NCBI GenBank assembly: GCA_910577095.1
Contig: CAJTLY010000001.1
Span: 40,063 to 104,062, forward strand
Direction of reading: 5' to 3'
Length of the DNA stretch: 64,000 nt
DNA from: an uncultured Alphaproteobacteria bacterium
Lineage (GTDB): Bacteria; Pseudomonadota; Alphaproteobacteria; RF32; CAG-239
The translations under genes were made by a program, and so were the position numbers. Under the pieces are notes generated by a model, which had not been told where the DNA came from, ran no database searches, and worked only from the letters and a program-made list of their open reading frames with translations. This document shows, one piece after another, positions 61,497 to 64,000 of the stretch (positions are counted from its first letter, which is position 1; each line of letters opens with the position of its first letter).

Positions 61497-64000
61497 TTAA
61501 AGCCGGTTGATTTTGGCCACATAATCCTTGATCGTTTCCAAACGGCGGCTGTAGCTTTCCAAATCTTTTTCCACCAACAGTTTCTGATCGGGACGAACTT
61601 TAAGCGAACCAAAAGAACGCGCCACCAGTTCTACCAGCTTTTCCGGCGCGCGAAAAACATTATTGTGAAAAGTAATCAAAAACCCTTTGGCACCGGCGTC
61701 AATTTTTTCAATGTTGGCACAGCGGCACAATTGCTTGATTTCCACCGTCTTAAGCAAATTTTCCACTTCCGGCGGTACCGGACCGAAACGGTCAACCAAC
61801 TCTTCGCGCATGTCAAGCAACGCTTCCGGCGTTTCCAAACTGCCGATGCGTTTATACAATCCCAGCCGTACGCCCAGATCGCGCACATAGGTTTCGGGAA
61901 TCATAATCGGCACGCCGGTAACGATTTGCGGACTCCATTCACTTGTTCCTTTGGTCTCCGCTTCGGCATCCGCACCGGCTTTGATGCGGGCGATTTCCTC
62001 TTCCAGCATATGATGATACAGGGCAATACCGACCTCTTTGATATGCCCCGACTGTTCTTCGCCGAGAATATTCCCCGATCCGCGGATGTCCATGTCATGA
62101 CTGGCCAGAGAGAACCCGGCACCCAAACTGTCCAGCGCCTGCAAAATGCTCAAACGCCGCTCGGCAATCGGCTTCAAATTCTTTTTCGGCGGCACCGTAA
62201 AATAGCAGTAACCGCGCACTTTCGAACGGCCGATCCGTCCCCGCAGCTGATAAAGCTGAGCCAAACCGAACATGTCTGCCCGATAAACGATCATGGTATT
62301 AACCGACGGCATATCAATTCCCGATTCGATAATCGTCGTCGAAAGCAAAATGTCTCCCTTGCGGTCGGCAAAAGCATTCATCACCTCTTCCAGCTGCTTA
62401 ACCGGCATTTGGCCGTGAGCGACCAAAATTTTGGCATCGGGCGCCAGTTCCTGCAACACGTCATGAACCCGCGCAATATCCGAAACCCGGGGACAAACGA
62501 CAAAAGTCTGGCCGCCGCGGAATTTCTCACGGTAGATTGCCTCCTTGATCATCACGCCGTCAAACGGCATCACGAAAGTTCGCGCCGCCAACCTGTCAAC
62601 CGGCGGGGTGGCGATAATGCTCAACTGTTTCACGCCGGTCAAAGACATTTGCAACGTCCGCGGGATCGGCGTGGCCGTCAGTGTCAGCACATGAACGTCA
62701 GCTTTCAGATTTTTGAGTTTTTCTTTGTGCGCAACCCCGAAATGCTGTTCTTCGTCAATAATCAGCAGCCCGAGATTGCTGAATTTGATATTGTTGGCCA
62801 ACAGCGCATGGGTACCGATGACAATATCCACCGAACCGTCTTTCAGTCCTTCTTTGATTTTACGGGCCTCGGTTGCCGTCTGTAAACGCGACAACATTCG
62901 CACCCTGAGCGGAAAACCGGACATTCGTTGCATAAAATTGTAATAATGCTGCCGGGCCAGCAAAGTGGTCGGTACAATCAACGCGACCTGAGCGCCCGAC
63001 ATCGCCGCCGCAAAAGCGGCCCGGAGCGCCACTTCGGTTTTGCCGAAACCGACGTCGCCGCAAACCAGCCGGTCCATCGGAATCCCCGCCGACAAATCGC
63101 CGAGAACGTCGCCGATCGCATTCAGCTGATCTTCGGTTTCGTTATAGGGAAAACCGGAACAAAATTCGTCATATAATCCTTCGGGCGCAATGTAGGCTTC
63201 CGCTTTTTTCAATTGTCGCTGCGCCGCTATCGCAATCAGCTTTTCGGCAATCTCGTGAATACGTTTTTTAACCTTCGCCTTTTTAGCTTCCCAAGCCGAG
63301 CCGCCGAGAGTGTCCAACTGAATGTTGTCATCGTCAATTCCGTAGCGGGAAACCGTTTCGATGTTTTCGACCGGCACAAACAATTTGTCGCCGTTGGCAT
63401 AAATAATCTTCAGGCAATCGTGCGGCGCACCGCCGGCCGTAATGTTTTCCAACCCCATAAAACGCCCGATGCCGTGCTCGATATGAACAACCGGTTCGCC
63501 GATGTTGAGGGCGGAAATGTCCGCGATAAAATCTTTGGAAGTTACCTTTTTGACGGTACGGCGGTTTTGTCTGGCACCCAGAATATCCTGTTCGGCAACC
63601 ACGCACAATCCGTCGCCGCGAAATCCGTGAGGCAGATTAAGCACAATCATTGCCACCTTGCGACTGTCAGCCTTATCAACCGCTTCTTGCCAACTGTCGG
63701 CAAAGGTGAACTCCAGCGAAGCAAAACGACTCTCGGCTTTGGCGTCGTTGATCAAAGTAAACAGCCGCTCGCGCGATCCCGGAGAATAACAGCAGACGAT
63801 CCGTTTCATTTTTCCGTATTCGGTCAAATAGGCAAGCAAATCCAAATAAACCTGAGCGGCGTTAACGCTTTTGGCAGCAGAAAAGTCGCGTCCCGGCAAA
63901 ATGCCGGTATCGCGATTGTCGTCGCTTTCGGGCAGATTCATTCCGGTAAAAGACACCGCACGGCGGTTTCGGATAATATTGCCGAATTCTTTTTCGTCGA
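61497..64000 (-). CDS. mfd: transcription-repair coupling factor Mfd (C-terminal ~830 aa; N-terminus beyond the window)
   Basis: RNAP-interaction (CarD-like) region, SF2 helicase motifs (GDVGFGKTEVALRAAF, IIDEEQHFG) and a TRCF C-terminal domain. The frame stays open to position 64000. Confidence 0.93.
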   Translation of the reverse strand, partial: DEKEFGNIIRNRRAVSFTGMNLPESDDNRDTGILPGRDFSAAKSVNAAQVYLDLLAYLTEYGKMKRIVCCYSPGSRERLFTLINDAKAESRFASLEFTFADSWQEAVDKADSRKVAMIVLNLPHGFRGDGLCVVAEQDILGARQNRRTVKKVTSKDFIADISALNIGEPVVHIEHGIGRFMGLENITAGGAPHDCLKIIYANGDKLFVPVENIETVSRYGIDDDNIQLDTLGGSAWEAKKAKVKKRIHEIAEKLIAIAAQRQLKKAEAYIAPEGLYDEFCSGFPYNETEDQLNAIGDVLGDLSAGIPMDRLVCGDVGFGKTEVALRAAFAAAMSGAQVALIVPTTLLARQHYYNFMQRMSGFPLRVRMLSRLQTATEARKIKEGLKDGSVDIVIGTHALLANNIKFSNLGLLIIDEEQHFGVAHKEKLKNLKADVHVLTLTATPIPRTLQMSLTGVKQLSIIATPPVDRLAARTFVMPFDGVMIKEAIYREKFRGGQTFVVCPRVSDIARVHDVLQELAPDAKILVAHGQMPVKQLEEVMNAFADRKGDILLSTTIIESGIDMPSVNTMIVYRADMFGLAQLYQLRGRIGRSKVRGYCYFTVPPKKNLKPIAERRLSILQALDSLGAGFSLASHDMDIRGSGNILGEEQSGHIKEVGIALYHHMLEEEIARIKAGADAEAETKGTSEWSPQIVTGVPIMIPETYVRDLGVRLGLYKRIGSLETPEALLDMREELVDRFGPVPPEVENLLKTVEIKQLCRCANIEKIDAGAKGFLITFHNNVFRAPEKLVELVARSFGSLKVRPDQKLLVEKDLESYSRRLETIKDYVAKINRL

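Noticed and set aside
61665-62885. 406-aa ORF on the plus strand
   Set aside because: It is antisense to mfd (clear SF2 helicase motifs). The composition is typical of an antisense frame.

Overview
This 64-kb chromosomal segment is most likely from a moderately low-GC alphaproteobacterium. That call rests on a CcrM-type beta-class adenine methylase, a DUF3035/BamF-like lipoprotein next to lspA, an M16 peptidase pair, and ParC/RecO/KdsA/PyrG synteny. All family calls come from motifs I recognise by eye; no searches were run. About 55 kb is ordinary housekeeping: accBC, adhE, an NfeD-SPFH pair, rnhB, ccrM, two tandem Ppx/GppA paralogs, rlmE, an rsmB-like gene, mgtE, lspA, M16 peptidases, pgi, mutL, ppiD, tpiA, secG, pyrG, pagP, kdsA, recO, parC, YejEF-like ABC components, rpsD, recJ and mfd. 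There are four tRNAs (Phe-GAA, Leu-GAG, His-GTG, Gly-CCC). The stand-out feature is an 8.27-kb prophage-like element at 43353-51644, bounded by perfect 26-bp direct repeats whose core looks like a dif (XerC/XerD) site. I recognise no integrase in the element. It sits where gene orientation switches from mostly + (12-42 kb) to mostly - (52-64 kb), as expected at a replication terminus. It encodes a wHTH initiator with a lambda-ori-like iteron cluster inside its own gene and a 228-aa FtsK/HerA-type ATPase. Next come a 299-aa internally duplicated capsid candidate, possibly a double jelly roll, and three C-terminally anchored small membrane proteins. It also carries a tail-collar receptor-binding protein, a SleB-type lysin with small membrane proteins, and a Bor-like lipoprotein. 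This gene content fits a membrane-containing tailless dsDNA phage (PM2/corticovirus-like) that may integrate through host XerCD. Other oddities: tRNA-Phe and tRNA-Gly are each followed by a near-perfect duplication of the tRNA 3' end plus downstream flank, separated by a short unique insert. There is an IS200/IS605 tnpA remnant beside tRNA-His, pagP is wedged between pyrG and kdsA, and there are several orphan secreted or HExxH proteins. No CRISPR array or rRNA was seen.
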